This document shows positions 31,733 through 40,623 of a stretch of DNA of 64,000 bases, piece by piece. The first letter of the stretch is position 1. Each line of letters opens with the position of its first letter. Below the pieces are notes generated by a model. The model searched no databases and was not told the origin of the DNA. It saw only the letters and a list, made by a program, of their open reading frames with translations. The translations under genes and the position numbers were made by a program. Location of the stretch: positions 72,533 to 136,532 of the forward strand of contig CAVPJU010000006.1 of assembly GCA_963705505.1 (NCBI GenBank), in the 5' to 3' direction. This DNA comes from an uncultured bacterium. Lineage in GTDB: Bacteria > Desulfobacterota_D > UBA1144 > Nemesobacterales > UBA2774.

Positions 31733-32473
31733 TCATGAATTCTTCAGGACCCCGAGCGTCTTGTTCATGTGATCGTAGTGCGACCCTTTCCAGTAAATTT
31801 TGCCACAGTCCGAGCAAATGAAGAATTCGTCGAAGTAAAGGACCGTTTTGGGCTCGAGCCTTTCGAGTATCTTTTCCTTCTCGACCGGTACGATAACGCC
31901 GTTACACTCTAGGCACCTGTTGAAAGGTTTGATAAGCGAATAGAGACCGAACCTTCTAAGCACTTCTGTTATCTGCGTTCCGGGATCGTCCGACCTGAGC
32001 CAGTAGCCGTGGACTATTGCCTTAAACCTCAGGAGGCGGCGGTCACGGCTGAGCACGATGCGGTTCTCTCTCTCCGCGAGCCCGGCAACATCGTGATCCG
32101 TGTAATCGTTCCTGTAACGAGCATCGAACCCGAGCATCCGCAGGAGCCTCGCAAGCTTCCCGAGGTTGACGTCCACGATAAACACGGGGCAGGGATCGCC
32201 CCGCAAGAGCACCTTGGAAGGAGCGGCTGAACCCGAGGATACCGGGTATACGGTTACGTCGTCCCCGTCCCTAAGGTGGTAACCGAACCCGACGGAGGTG
32301 CCGTTCACAACTATGGTATCCACTTCGGTGTGAGGGACTCCGATCGCCTCGATCGCATCTTTGACGGAAGGGTTTCGGTCGAAACCGTAATGTAGCGGGA
32401 ACTCAATATCGGAGCCGGCAAAGAAATCACGCAACTCCCCTTCAAAATGAAAAAGCGCTTTATATTCAGGCAT
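31733..32473 (-). CDS. Mut7-C RNase domain protein (ubiquitin-like + PIN + Zn ribbon)
   Basis: SVKDAIEAIGVPHTEV (Ub-like), FIVDVNLGKLARLLRMLGFD, RIVLSRD, RCLECNG, CSDCGKIYWKGSHY. Confidence 0.92.
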   Translation of the reverse strand: MPEYKALFHFEGELRDFFAGSDIEFPLHYGFDRNPSVKDAIEAIGVPHTEVDTIVVNGTSVGFGYHLRDGDDVTVYPVSSGSAAPSKVLLRGDPCPVFIVDVNLGKLARLLRMLGFDARYRNDYTDHDVAGLAERENRIVLSRDRRLLRFKAIVHGYWLRSDDPGTQITEVLRRFGLYSLIKPFNRCLECNGVIVPVEKEKILERLEPKTVLYFDEFFICSDCGKIYWKGSHYDHMNKTLGVLKNS

Positions 32474-32529
32474 TAATTAACCCTGATGTTTATTTGCAGA
32501 TAATTATATCCGGCGGAACAGCCGATAGC

Positions 32530-34194
32530 TCAGAGGAAGATATTTGAAAGATATTCCGTGAGGTCGCTCTTGCTCGCGGGCTGGTTCCTGAACCCGATGT
32601 AGCCGTCCGGGCGAATGAGATAGAGGCTCGATTTCGCGGCGCCGAAATCGCCGTGCATGAGGTCTCCCTCGTCCGTCCATACGGAGCTAATTTGCATGAG
32701 ATCAGGCGGAAGCCCCTTGCAGCCGACGATTAAATGAGGCTTAATAAGACCAATAAACTCTTCGTCGATAGTGGCGAGTATTTTTCTGAGCTCGTCGAAT
32801 TCCATATCCTCGGGCTCCGCACCCGTGAAGATCAGGAGCTCATGCTCCGCCCCCTTAAAAAGGTCATAAAGCTGTATTCCGCTTTTGCCGTCAAGGCTGA
32901 GAAGCGTGTAGTCCCCGACCCTCTCTCCGGCTTTAAGATCATGGTGGTGTTTATGATCCCCGGGAATCTCCCCCGACCGATACCACCTCTCATCGACTAT
33001 CGGGCTTTCCCCGTAGTTGATCTCTATCTGGGACAAGGTCGTGAGTATCCTTTCCTGAACCGCGTCGAGCTTCGACAGCGTGCCAACGAGCTTATTCCGT
33101 ATAGCGCTCAGAACAGGGTTATGTATCCCGACCATCCTGGTAGCCATGTCCGTCAAGCCGACCACGCCCTCTCCGACGCGGTGTCTTTCCGCATTGTAGC
33201 TATCGAGGAGGCTTTCGGGCGAGCTGCCCTTGAGCACCAGAGCGAGCTTCCACGCAAGGTTATACGAGTCCTGTATCCCCGTATTCATCCCCTGTCCGCC
33301 GATAGGGCTGTGTATGTGCGCGGCGTCTCCGCATAAGAAGACCCTCCCTTCGCCGTATTTATCGACCATGCGGTGATGGAGCTTGAAGTAGGCAAGCCAA
33401 TTGGGATCGCTCACGCTTTTATAGTCGATCTCCCTCTCGCTCATGAGCCTCCTGACATCCTCGATCGTCGGCTCGGGCAGCCCTTCGTCCACATGAGCAT
33501 CGGGCAGCTCGAACATTAGTCTCCCCCTGTCGCTGTAAAGCGGGAAATAGGCCGTCACTCCCCGTGGATGTATAAAGACCGACAGGTGATGGAGGGGGTA
33601 GCTCCAGTCGAGGTTGCAATCTGCCAGGAGCCAGTAATTGGGGTAGGGGGCGCCCTTGAACTCGAGGTCGAGAACGTGACGTGACGTGCTGTGAGCCCCG
33701 TCGCACCCAGCTATGTATTTGCAATCGACAAATTCCTCGGAGCCGTCCTTTAACCTTAAGCGGGCAGCGATCCCGCTATCCGTCCGCTCGATCCCCAGAA
33801 GCTCTTTCTCGCGCTCGACCTTGACGCCGTAGGATTCCAGATGCTCGTTCAATATCCTTTCGGTGTCGCTCTGCGCAAGGATGAGGAAAAAGGGATATTT
33901 GCTTTCGAGTGTGTCGAAAATGACATGCGCCAGGGGTTTCCCGTGATTGTACATATCAAAGCCGTTACAGATGTTGCCCTTTTTGAGCACCGTGTCCACG
34001 ATGCCGATGTTCTCGAAGAGCTCGAGAGTCCGGGCGTGTATTCCGAAAGCCTTCGATTTATCCGAAGGGGCCGGGGCCTTGTCTATGATTCTTGGCGTGA
34101 TTCCGTGCCTTGCGAGCTCGCATGCCATCGTAAGCCCGGTCGGTCCCGCGCCTACCACGAGCACGTCTGCGTGTGAGTCATTGGAAGCTGTCAT
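32530..34194 (-). CDS. FAD-dependent monooxygenase (PheA/TfdB aromatic hydroxylase family)
   Basis: VVGAGPTGL, GCDGAHS, GRVFLCGDAAHIHSPIGGQGMNTGIQD, DSYNAER, C-terminal LIRPDGYIG. Confidence 0.92.
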   Translation of the reverse strand: MTASNDSHADVLVVGAGPTGLTMACELARHGITPRIIDKAPAPSDKSKAFGIHARTLELFENIGIVDTVLKKGNICNGFDMYNHGKPLAHVIFDTLESKYPFFLILAQSDTERILNEHLESYGVKVEREKELLGIERTDSGIAARLRLKDGSEEFVDCKYIAGCDGAHSTSRHVLDLEFKGAPYPNYWLLADCNLDWSYPLHHLSVFIHPRGVTAYFPLYSDRGRLMFELPDAHVDEGLPEPTIEDVRRLMSEREIDYKSVSDPNWLAYFKLHHRMVDKYGEGRVFLCGDAAHIHSPIGGQGMNTGIQDSYNLAWKLALVLKGSSPESLLDSYNAERHRVGEGVVGLTDMATRMVGIHNPVLSAIRNKLVGTLSKLDAVQERILTTLSQIEINYGESPIVDERWYRSGEIPGDHKHHHDLKAGERVGDYTLLSLDGKSGIQLYDLFKGAEHELLIFTGAEPEDMEFDELRKILATIDEEFIGLIKPHLIVGCKGLPPDLMQISSVWTDEGDLMHGDFGAAKSSLYLIRPDGYIGFRNQPASKSDLTEYLSNIFL

Positions 34195-34380
34195 ACGAGT
34201 CTCCTCAAGCGCATGATGTTGTCACTTCAATCAAAATAATTCAGGAATCCATAACAATTCGACAGAGTGTGTCGATATAATCAAATTATACATCCCGGAG
34301 AACGCCCGGTGAAATAAATGACGGATGAAGGAGGGCCTTCGGATTCGTATATCTGAGATTTAATCGGAGCCGCTTCCTTT

Positions 34381-35430
34381 TTACTTCAGGAACTGTTTCA
34401 GGGGGCCCTGGGGATTAATCATCCCTTTGAGATCACTGTAGCCGACGAGAACAAAATACGGCCCTTCGACGTAAGGGCCCACTGCATACGGGGCGAAAGC
34501 GAACGTGATACCCCGGGGAGAGACAGCGAAAACGCTCAGGTCACCGGCCTTAAGCTCCTTCAATTCCCCGTTCAATACCCATCCGGCCTTCTGCTTTCTG
34601 AGATCGCCTATGCAATAACCGGAGAGTGCTTTTATAAAATCCGAATTGGGCTTAAAAAGGTCCGGCAAATTCAGAAGTAATGCCTTGCCGTCCTTTATCC
34701 AGTAATTCGAAGACATGTATAAGGTATTACCGTGGGCGCCGCCGGTGTAGGAAAAGACCTCCCCTGAGAGACTGACCAATTCAGGCGAATAATATTCAAT
34801 CGAGTAGCTGTAGTCTTCCTGCCAGCCGCCGGCAGAATCCCGAGTGGTGAAAAAATCCTCCGCTTCTTCCGCGAATTTTTTTCTTTCCGAGGCGGCTCCT
34901 TTCTCCAGTCTGTCCGTTATTTCACGGAAAGCCTTGGTGTCCGATAAAAAGTAAGGGTACATATAGGACGCCTCATATTTACCTCCCCCGTTTGCATTCG
35001 TTGAAACGAAGTCGGCGACCTTAGTGAGCTTAAAGGGTAACGTCGTGAGTCCGTTCGCCTTTGACCACTTACCTTCTATGACCTTCCCGAAATCCTTCCC
35101 GTCACCGCGGACCGTCCCCGTAAAAGTTCCAGTTTTGCTCCCCTTTTCATCCTGCTCCACGAGCGTAATTGCAGAGGAGTTGTAGTCCGCCTCCCCGGTA
35201 AGAGCAATCGGGATGCCGACTTTGTCATACATATACGATCCAGAAGCGTCTCCCGAGTCAATTATCAGCTCCATCTGCACGTCGAGATTATCCCCTATGG
35301 TCCCGACGTAGTAATAACGCGATTCCCCTCCCTGCTTGTCCTGCGCCGGCAGGGGTAAACAAAAAAAATTACAAAGAGCTATGGAAAATACGAGAATTAA
35401 AGCCGGCTTAGAGAGCCTCGACATTATCAT
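34381..35430 (-). CDS. Secreted DUF3298/DUF4163 (RsiV/PdaC-like) protein
   Basis: Signal peptide, then SYTGGAHGN and FAFAPYAVGPYVEG motifs, with an extra N-terminal beta-rich domain (YVGTIG...GSYMY...FTG). Confidence 0.75.
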   Translation of the reverse strand: MIMSRLSKPALILVFSIALCNFFCLPLPAQDKQGGESRYYYVGTIGDNLDVQMELIIDSGDASGSYMYDKVGIPIALTGEADYNSSAITLVEQDEKGSKTGTFTGTVRGDGKDFGKVIEGKWSKANGLTTLPFKLTKVADFVSTNANGGGKYEASYMYPYFLSDTKAFREITDRLEKGAASERKKFAEEAEDFFTTRDSAGGWQEDYSYSIEYYSPELVSLSGEVFSYTGGAHGNTLYMSSNYWIKDGKALLLNLPDLFKPNSDFIKALSGYCIGDLRKQKAGWVLNGELKELKAGDLSVFAVSPRGITFAFAPYAVGPYVEGPYFVLVGYSDLKGMINPQGPLKQFLK

Positions 35431-35542
35431 CTTTCACCCCCGGGAGGTCGATCAAGAACGATTATAGAATATTACGCTCAAAGCAATAAGGTGTACATCG
35501 TCCCCGGAGACTTGCTTCTTTTTGTCGCTAATTATCGGAATC

Positions 35543-35574
35543 TGTCATACCGCCCTTTGACAACTTTTGTCAAA
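35543..35574. promoter_or_regulatory. Candidate enhancer (UAS) for a sigma54 activator
   Basis: Overlapping palindromes TGTCA-N10-TGACA (35543-62) and TTTGACAA-N3-TTGTCAAA (35556-74), 130-160 bp upstream of the predicted sigma54 start site. Confidence 0.5.
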
Positions 35575-35679
35575 AAAGTACAAAAAATTTACCGCTTTTC
35601 CCCGTTTAATATATACATGCACCATTTCGATATTTATATTATGCAATAATCAGAGCAAGTTGTATCGTATCATTACATT

Positions 35680-35695
35680 TGGCACGCGCATTGCA
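35680..35695 (+). promoter_or_regulatory. Sigma54 (-24/-12) promoter
   Basis: TGGCAC-GCGCA-TTGCA matches the TGGCAC-N5-TTGCW consensus exactly, in an AT-rich intergenic region. Predicted +1 near 35706. Confidence 0.75.
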
Positions 35696-35705
35696 TAATA
35701 TCGGA

Positions 35706-35880
35706 TTAAGTTTTGTAGCAAATTAATGAGTTGATTCCAGAATCGAATTTGCGGAGTCACGAGAGAATGGAAAGTTTGAAACAAAACGTATCGATTGACT
35801 TAAAGCTGGCCATAACATATTCCCCATCCTCTAAAGGGTGGATCCTTGAAGAAATTCATGGGTTCACCCTTATTTCATCT
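35706..35880 (+). ncRNA. Candidate sigma54-dependent small RNA (ends approximate)
   Basis: Lies downstream of the sigma54 promoter with no annotated + strand gene. Contains a 16-bp hairpin at 35834-35871 with two G-U pairs and a GAAA tetraloop, both favourable only on the + strand. Confidence 0.4.
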
Positions 35881-35901
35881 CCTGACTTTATCACCGGATA
35901 A
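35767..35901 (+). CDS. Possible 44-aa small protein, MESLKQNVSIDLKLAITYSPSSKGWILEEIHGFTLISSPDFITG
   Basis: ATG 35767 to TAA 35901, with GGAG 10 nt upstream. Below the ORF-track cutoff; no recognised homolog. Confidence 0.3.
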   Translation: MESLKQNVSIDLKLAITYSPSSKGWILEEIHGFTLISSPDFITG

Positions 35902-35917
35902 ATTTAGGTATTCACTA

Positions 35918-36703
35918 TCATTCACTATTCCCTATATTGAGGGAAAGAACTTTCATCATTTCTTCGTGAATGCCGCCATTGGACGCGAGGATTTCCTTTA
36001 CATAGATGCTGTAATCCCCGCCCGTCAAATTCGTTACCCTGCCCCCCGCTTCCTCTACGATCAGAACCCCCGCAGCCGTGTCCCAGGGGTTAAGGCCGAG
36101 CTCCCAGAATCCGTCGAACCGGCCGCAGGCAAGGTAACAGAGGTCAAGCGCCGCCGAACCGTCCCTTCTCACCGATCTTGCCCTCCTGATGAAATCGGCG
36201 AAGTGCTTCAGATTCTCCTCGACCATCCTGATATCGTCATGAACGAAACCTGTGACGAGGTGGCCCTCGTCGAGGCGCACGGCACCGGTTACGTGTATCG
36301 CCTCTCCGTTCAAAAAAGCCCCGCTGCCGAACTCAGCCGAAAACAACTCGTCTTTAATCGGGTCGTAGACCAGGCCCGCCCTCACAACGCCTTCGATCTC
36401 AAGCGCTATGGATACGGAAAAAAAAGGGTAGCCGTGGGCGAAATTGGTAGTGCCGTCGAGCGGGTCTATTATCCACACGTATTCGGAATTTGCCGACTGC
36501 CTGCCCGACTCTTCCGCAAATATGTCGTGGGAGGGGAAACTCCTCTTTATGCAGTCGATAATAATTTCCTCGGCCTGCTTATCGACTTCGGTCACGAGGC
36601 TGTTCTTGCCTTTATAGGTTATTTCTTTTACCTTCCCTGATTTTTCCCTTAAAAGCTCCCCCGCCTCCCTTGCGGCTTTTTCAGCGACTTTTATATATAT
36701 CAA
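35918..36703 (-). CDS. suhB: Inositol monophosphatase family protein
   Basis: VTEVD, WIIDPLDGTTNFAHG, RRDGSAALDLCYLACGRFDGFWE, PWDTAAG. TTG start with AGGAG RBS. Confidence 0.93.
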   Translation of the reverse strand: MIYIKVAEKAAREAGELLREKSGKVKEITYKGKNSLVTEVDKQAEEIIIDCIKRSFPSHDIFAEESGRQSANSEYVWIIDPLDGTTNFAHGYPFFSVSIALEIEGVVRAGLVYDPIKDELFSAEFGSGAFLNGEAIHVTGAVRLDEGHLVTGFVHDDIRMVEENLKHFADFIRRARSVRRDGSAALDLCYLACGRFDGFWELGLNPWDTAAGVLIVEEAGGRVTNLTGGDYSIYVKEILASNGGIHEEMMKVLSLNIGNSE

Positions 36704-36870
36704 GACATACTCCTGAGTGGGATGATTTTATAAAAAGCTCTGATAATCTATGCTTAATCAAAGATTCCGACTCTGTGAGCGGGAACCTTTCTTGACGAAC
36801 CGGGCGTACACATTACCCCTATTTCGAATACCAGGATATTTATTCGAAGACCGCGGCTCAATACCGAGGA

Positions 36871-37074
36871 TCAATCAGCAGGCGTTTCCGGTATTATTAT
36901 CCAGCCCAATATGTAGACAATCACAGCCGTACCGAGAGTAAAAAGCGCGATCAAGGCAAATATGAGTCTTATCAGAGTGGGATCGATTGAAAACATCTCG
37001 CCGAGGCCGCCGCATATGCCCCCTAACATCCTGTCGGTTCTCGAACGGTAGAGCTTCTTTATATTATCAGCCAT
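36871..37074 (-). CDS. PspC domain-containing membrane protein
   Basis: KKLYRSRTDRMLGGICGGLGEMFSIDPTLIRL...YILGWIIIP. Confidence 0.92.
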   Translation of the reverse strand: MADNIKKLYRSRTDRMLGGICGGLGEMFSIDPTLIRLIFALIALFTLGTAVIVYILGWIIIPETPAD

Positions 37075-37336
37075 GGTTCACCCCCGAATTGAATTATAAA
37101 GGAGTATACCTAAATATAACGCCCGGATTATCTATTTTAATTGAACCTTAATGCGGATACGCCCCATATAAGAATTCACGGGACCTCGTCTACGGAAAAA
37201 ACATTTACCATGAATTATAGGCTTATTGTTTATCATTGCCGCTGAGCTATAATAATCCGGGCGGCGATGCCGGAGCGTCGCGAATTACGGGTTTAAGGTT
37301 CGATACCCAAGAGAAAATTACGAGGAGAGTCAGCAT

Positions 37337-37759
37337 ATGAGTGGTTCACTGAAGCCCGGAATGACTTTCGAGTTCGATTTCACAATACCGGAGTCGAAAA
37401 CCGTTCCGTACATATATCCCGAATCAGAGGAATTCCAGATTATGCCGAAAGTCTTCTCAACGGGGTTCATGATAGGCCTTATCGAATGGGCGTGCGTCAG
37501 GTTCGTCAACAACCACATCGACTGGCCGCGTGAGCAGACCGTCGGCATAGACGTGAATCTGAACCATACGGCCGCGACCCCTCCCGGATTGACCGTAAAC
37601 GTGAAAGGGGAGCTCATCGACGTTGACGGCAGGAAACTGACGTTTTCTATTGTCGCTCACGACGGTATAGACGTGATATCGGAGGGGACGCACCAGAGAT
37701 TCATAGTCGACGCCGAGAGGTTCAGAGCCAGAGTCGAGAAGAAAGCGAAACCGGAATAA
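37337..37759 (+). CDS. Hot-dog thioesterase, fluoroacetyl-CoA thioesterase (FlK) family
   Basis: KTV..IYPES.EF lid, VFSTGFMIGLIEWAC, HTAATPPGL, GTHQR. Thr42/Glu50/His77/Arg121 present. Confidence 0.88.
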   Translation: MSGSLKPGMTFEFDFTIPESKTVPYIYPESEEFQIMPKVFSTGFMIGLIEWACVRFVNNHIDWPREQTVGIDVNLNHTAATPPGLTVNVKGELIDVDGRKLTFSIVAHDGIDVISEGTHQRFIVDAERFRARVEKKAKPE

Positions 37760-37820
37760 CGGGACCGCGCACAATTTTCACATTTTAAGCGCGCCATTCC
37801 GATTGCCGGATGCAGGTGCA

Positions 37821-38564
37821 ATGAATAAAAACGATACTGCAAATAAGAAAATAGATACATCCGCCGTAAAAGCTCTTACATTCGATGTTTTCGGGACAGT
37901 CGTAGACTGGAGGTCTTCGATTATCAGGGAATGCAGTCTCCTCGGGAAATCGAAGGGGATCGAGGCGGACTGGCCCCGGTTCGCCGACTCCTGGCGCGCG
38001 GGCTACGCCCCCGCCATGAACCGCGTCCGCACGGGCGAGCTGCCGTGGATGAGCATCGATTCCCTTCACAGGATGGTACTCGAGAAACTCCTTCAGCAAT
38101 TCGGTATCGAAGGTCTATCCGAGAGCGAGAAAGACGACCTCAACCGGGCATGGCACAGGCTCACACCCTGGCCCGATTCAGTCGAAGGGCTCGAAAGGAT
38201 TCGGAAAAGATATGTTACCGCAACTTTATCAAACGGAAATATCTCGCTTCTCGTAAACATGGCGAAATATGCGGGGCTCACCTGGGACTGCGTGCTCTCT
38301 TCAGAGCTTGCGAACCATTATAAGCCCGATAAGGAGGTATATCTGACGGCGGCAGGATTGCTCGGACTCGAGCCTGAGAACGTCATGATGGTCGCCGCGC
38401 ATACGGATGATCTTCTGGCGGCAAAGGCCCTTGGTTTCAAGACCGCTTTTGTCTGGAGGCCTCTTGAGTTCGGTCCCCCGGGCGAGACTGAGGAAAAAGA
38501 AGAGATGCCGTTTGATATAGTCGCCCGTGATTTCAACGACCTCGCAGAAAAGCTCGGAGCATGA
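37821..38564 (+). CDS. Haloacid dehalogenase type II (L-2-haloacid dehalogenase)
   Basis: FDVFGTVVDWR, WRAGY, AWHRLTPWPDS, LSNGN, YKPD, VAAHTDDL. ATG 37821 chosen. Confidence 0.9.
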   Translation: MNKNDTANKKIDTSAVKALTFDVFGTVVDWRSSIIRECSLLGKSKGIEADWPRFADSWRAGYAPAMNRVRTGELPWMSIDSLHRMVLEKLLQQFGIEGLSESEKDDLNRAWHRLTPWPDSVEGLERIRKRYVTATLSNGNISLLVNMAKYAGLTWDCVLSSELANHYKPDKEVYLTAAGLLGLEPENVMMVAAHTDDLLAAKALGFKTAFVWRPLEFGPPGETEEKEEMPFDIVARDFNDLAEKLGA

Positions 38565-38669
38565 TTTCCGATAAAATTATTTTCCGGGCAGTCAATTAAT
38601 CCGATGCTTTTATAACTTCAGCAGAACCCGAATCATATATATTGTCACAGGCGGATACGTCCCCGGTGT

Positions 38670-40391
38670 CTATTCGAAAGTCTGAATTTTATAGAGACCC
38701 GCGTATATGCCGTTTTTTTCCATAAGCTCTGCATGGGTCCCGTATTCAACGAGCCTCCCCTTGTCGAACACCGCAATGGAATCGAACCCGCTTATAGAAG
38801 GGACCCGGCTTGAGATAGCGAGCAAAGTCCTTCCCTTCATTTCCCTTCTGAGATTCTTCAGTACCATGCTCTCGGTCTTGAGATCGAGCGAGGAAAATAC
38901 ATCATCGAGAATGAGCACGCTCGGCTTAAGGAGAATCGCCCTCGCGATCGCGATCCTTTGCCTCTGCCCTCCCGAAAGGCTGAGACCCCTCTCGCCGACC
39001 CTGGCGTCGAACCCGCCCGGGAAATCTAGGATTTCATCATATATCTCGGCGACCCTGGCGGCTTTCTCGATGTCGGCATCGGTGATATCCGGGTCCATGA
39101 AAGAGATATTATCCTTCACGGTGCCGCTGAATACGGTCGTTTCCTGGGGGACGTATATTATCCCTTCCCTCAAGCTGTCCTTTTTTATTTTTCTGACGTC
39201 GATGCCGTCGACAAACATCGTATTTTCAGGCGGCTCTTCAACCCTGGTGAGGAGCTGAAAGAGCGTGCTCTTACCCGATCCCGTTGCCCCTGTGAATCCT
39301 ACGGCTTTACCGGCCGGTATAGTGAGTGTTATGTTTTTAAGCGCCCTCTTCCCGTTATATGAGAAGCTCAGGTCCCTCAACTCGATATTCCCGTCGATTT
39401 CGACCTCGACGGTGCCCGACTCCGCGGGAGACTGCGGCTTGACGAGGAGTATGTCGTTTATCCTGTTGAGCGAAGCGTTCCCTCTCTTGATTATGTCGAC
39501 CGCCCAGCCCATGGCCATCATGGGCCACGCGAGCATCGTCAGATAAACGAGGACGGCGGCGAAATCACCAAGTGTGATATTGAGCGTGATGGTGTCTATC
39601 CCTCCGAGCCAGAGGAAAATAACGGTCGCGATCGCGGCAAGGTACGTAATTACGGGCTGATATACTCCCCATATCTTTATCAGGTGCAGGTTCTTTCCCA
39701 AATAATCATAGCTCGAAGTCTCGAAGTCTTTTTCTTCCTCACGCTCCCTCACGAACGCCTTAACCACCTTTATCCCGGATATCGATGCCCTGGCGCTCTC
39801 GGTGAGCACCGAGAATGAATCCTGTACCTTCTGGAACCTTTTCTCAATCATTTTGCCGAACCTGAGGATGATAAAGCCTAATATGGGAAAAGGGATAAAG
39901 GCGTATAAGGTGAGCTGCGGGGATATGTACAGCATCGCGCCGAAGATAAATATAAGAAGAAAGACTCCGTCGTAAGCTATGAGCACGCCGAGACCGCAGG
40001 CGAACTTCAGGGTTTCGATGTCGTTCACCGTGTGGGCCATCAGGTCCCCGACCTTTCTTTGTGAAAAGAAGTCAAAATGCAGGCTCTGGAGGTGTGAAAA
40101 GAACTCGTTTCGGAGCGACTGCTCTATCTTCCGCGCCGCGCCCATTATGAAATATCTCCAAAAAAACCTGAATACGGACATGGCGACAGCTATCAGCAGC
40201 AGCAGCAGGCCATATTGTGAAATATCGCCTAAGCCCGCGCCTTTGAGCGTCAGGGTGTCGACTACCCTCTCTACGATCAACGGGATGGAAAGCTGGCAAA
40301 GATCCACCAGGGAAAGAGCCACAAGCCCCGCAAGAAAAGCATATTTGTATTTCAGAAGTAATGAAAAAAGGGTCTTCTTTCTATCCATCAA
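38670..40391 (-). CDS. ABC exporter half-transporter, MdlA/TM287-like subunit
   Basis: GDLMAHTVND, Walker A GATGSGKST, canonical LSGGQRQR, degenerate Walker B LILDD and H-loop (ISSR). Confidence 0.9.
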   Translation of the reverse strand: MMDRKKTLFSLLLKYKYAFLAGLVALSLVDLCQLSIPLIVERVVDTLTLKGAGLGDISQYGLLLLLIAVAMSVFRFFWRYFIMGAARKIEQSLRNEFFSHLQSLHFDFFSQRKVGDLMAHTVNDIETLKFACGLGVLIAYDGVFLLIFIFGAMLYISPQLTLYAFIPFPILGFIILRFGKMIEKRFQKVQDSFSVLTESARASISGIKVVKAFVREREEEKDFETSSYDYLGKNLHLIKIWGVYQPVITYLAAIATVIFLWLGGIDTITLNITLGDFAAVLVYLTMLAWPMMAMGWAVDIIKRGNASLNRINDILLVKPQSPAESGTVEVEIDGNIELRDLSFSYNGKRALKNITLTIPAGKAVGFTGATGSGKSTLFQLLTRVEEPPENTMFVDGIDVRKIKKDSLREGIIYVPQETTVFSGTVKDNISFMDPDITDADIEKAARVAEIYDEILDFPGGFDARVGERGLSLSGGQRQRIAIARAILLKPSVLILDDVFSSLDLKTESMVLKNLRREMKGRTLLAISSRVPSISGFDSIAVFDKGRLVEYGTHAELMEKNGIYAGLYKIQTFE

Positions 40392-40623
40392 GATCGAACT
40401 TTCGTGGTCAGGATATTATTTAAAGCAGGTTAACAGCATTTTAGTATACCTGAAGGGGCGGGGCGAATATTTCCGGCCCCGGAGGTCCCCGTTTTGGAGA
40501 CTAAAGTCGGCCGGGCTCTTGATAATATGCCCGTCACGTGATCATCGCCCCGAAGGCGGACGTATTGACGTGGATTCATAAAAAAATGATGTTTCAATCC
40601 CTGGATATTGAAAAAATCGACTG

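Noticed and set aside
37262-37320. Possible fluoride (crcB) riboswitch upstream of the FlK-like gene (begins GGCGATG, forms a 7-bp hairpin)
   Set aside because: Lacks the GGCGATGGxGTTCGCC pairing and the downstream GCTxATGACxCC pseudoknot segment; only the first 7 nt match.
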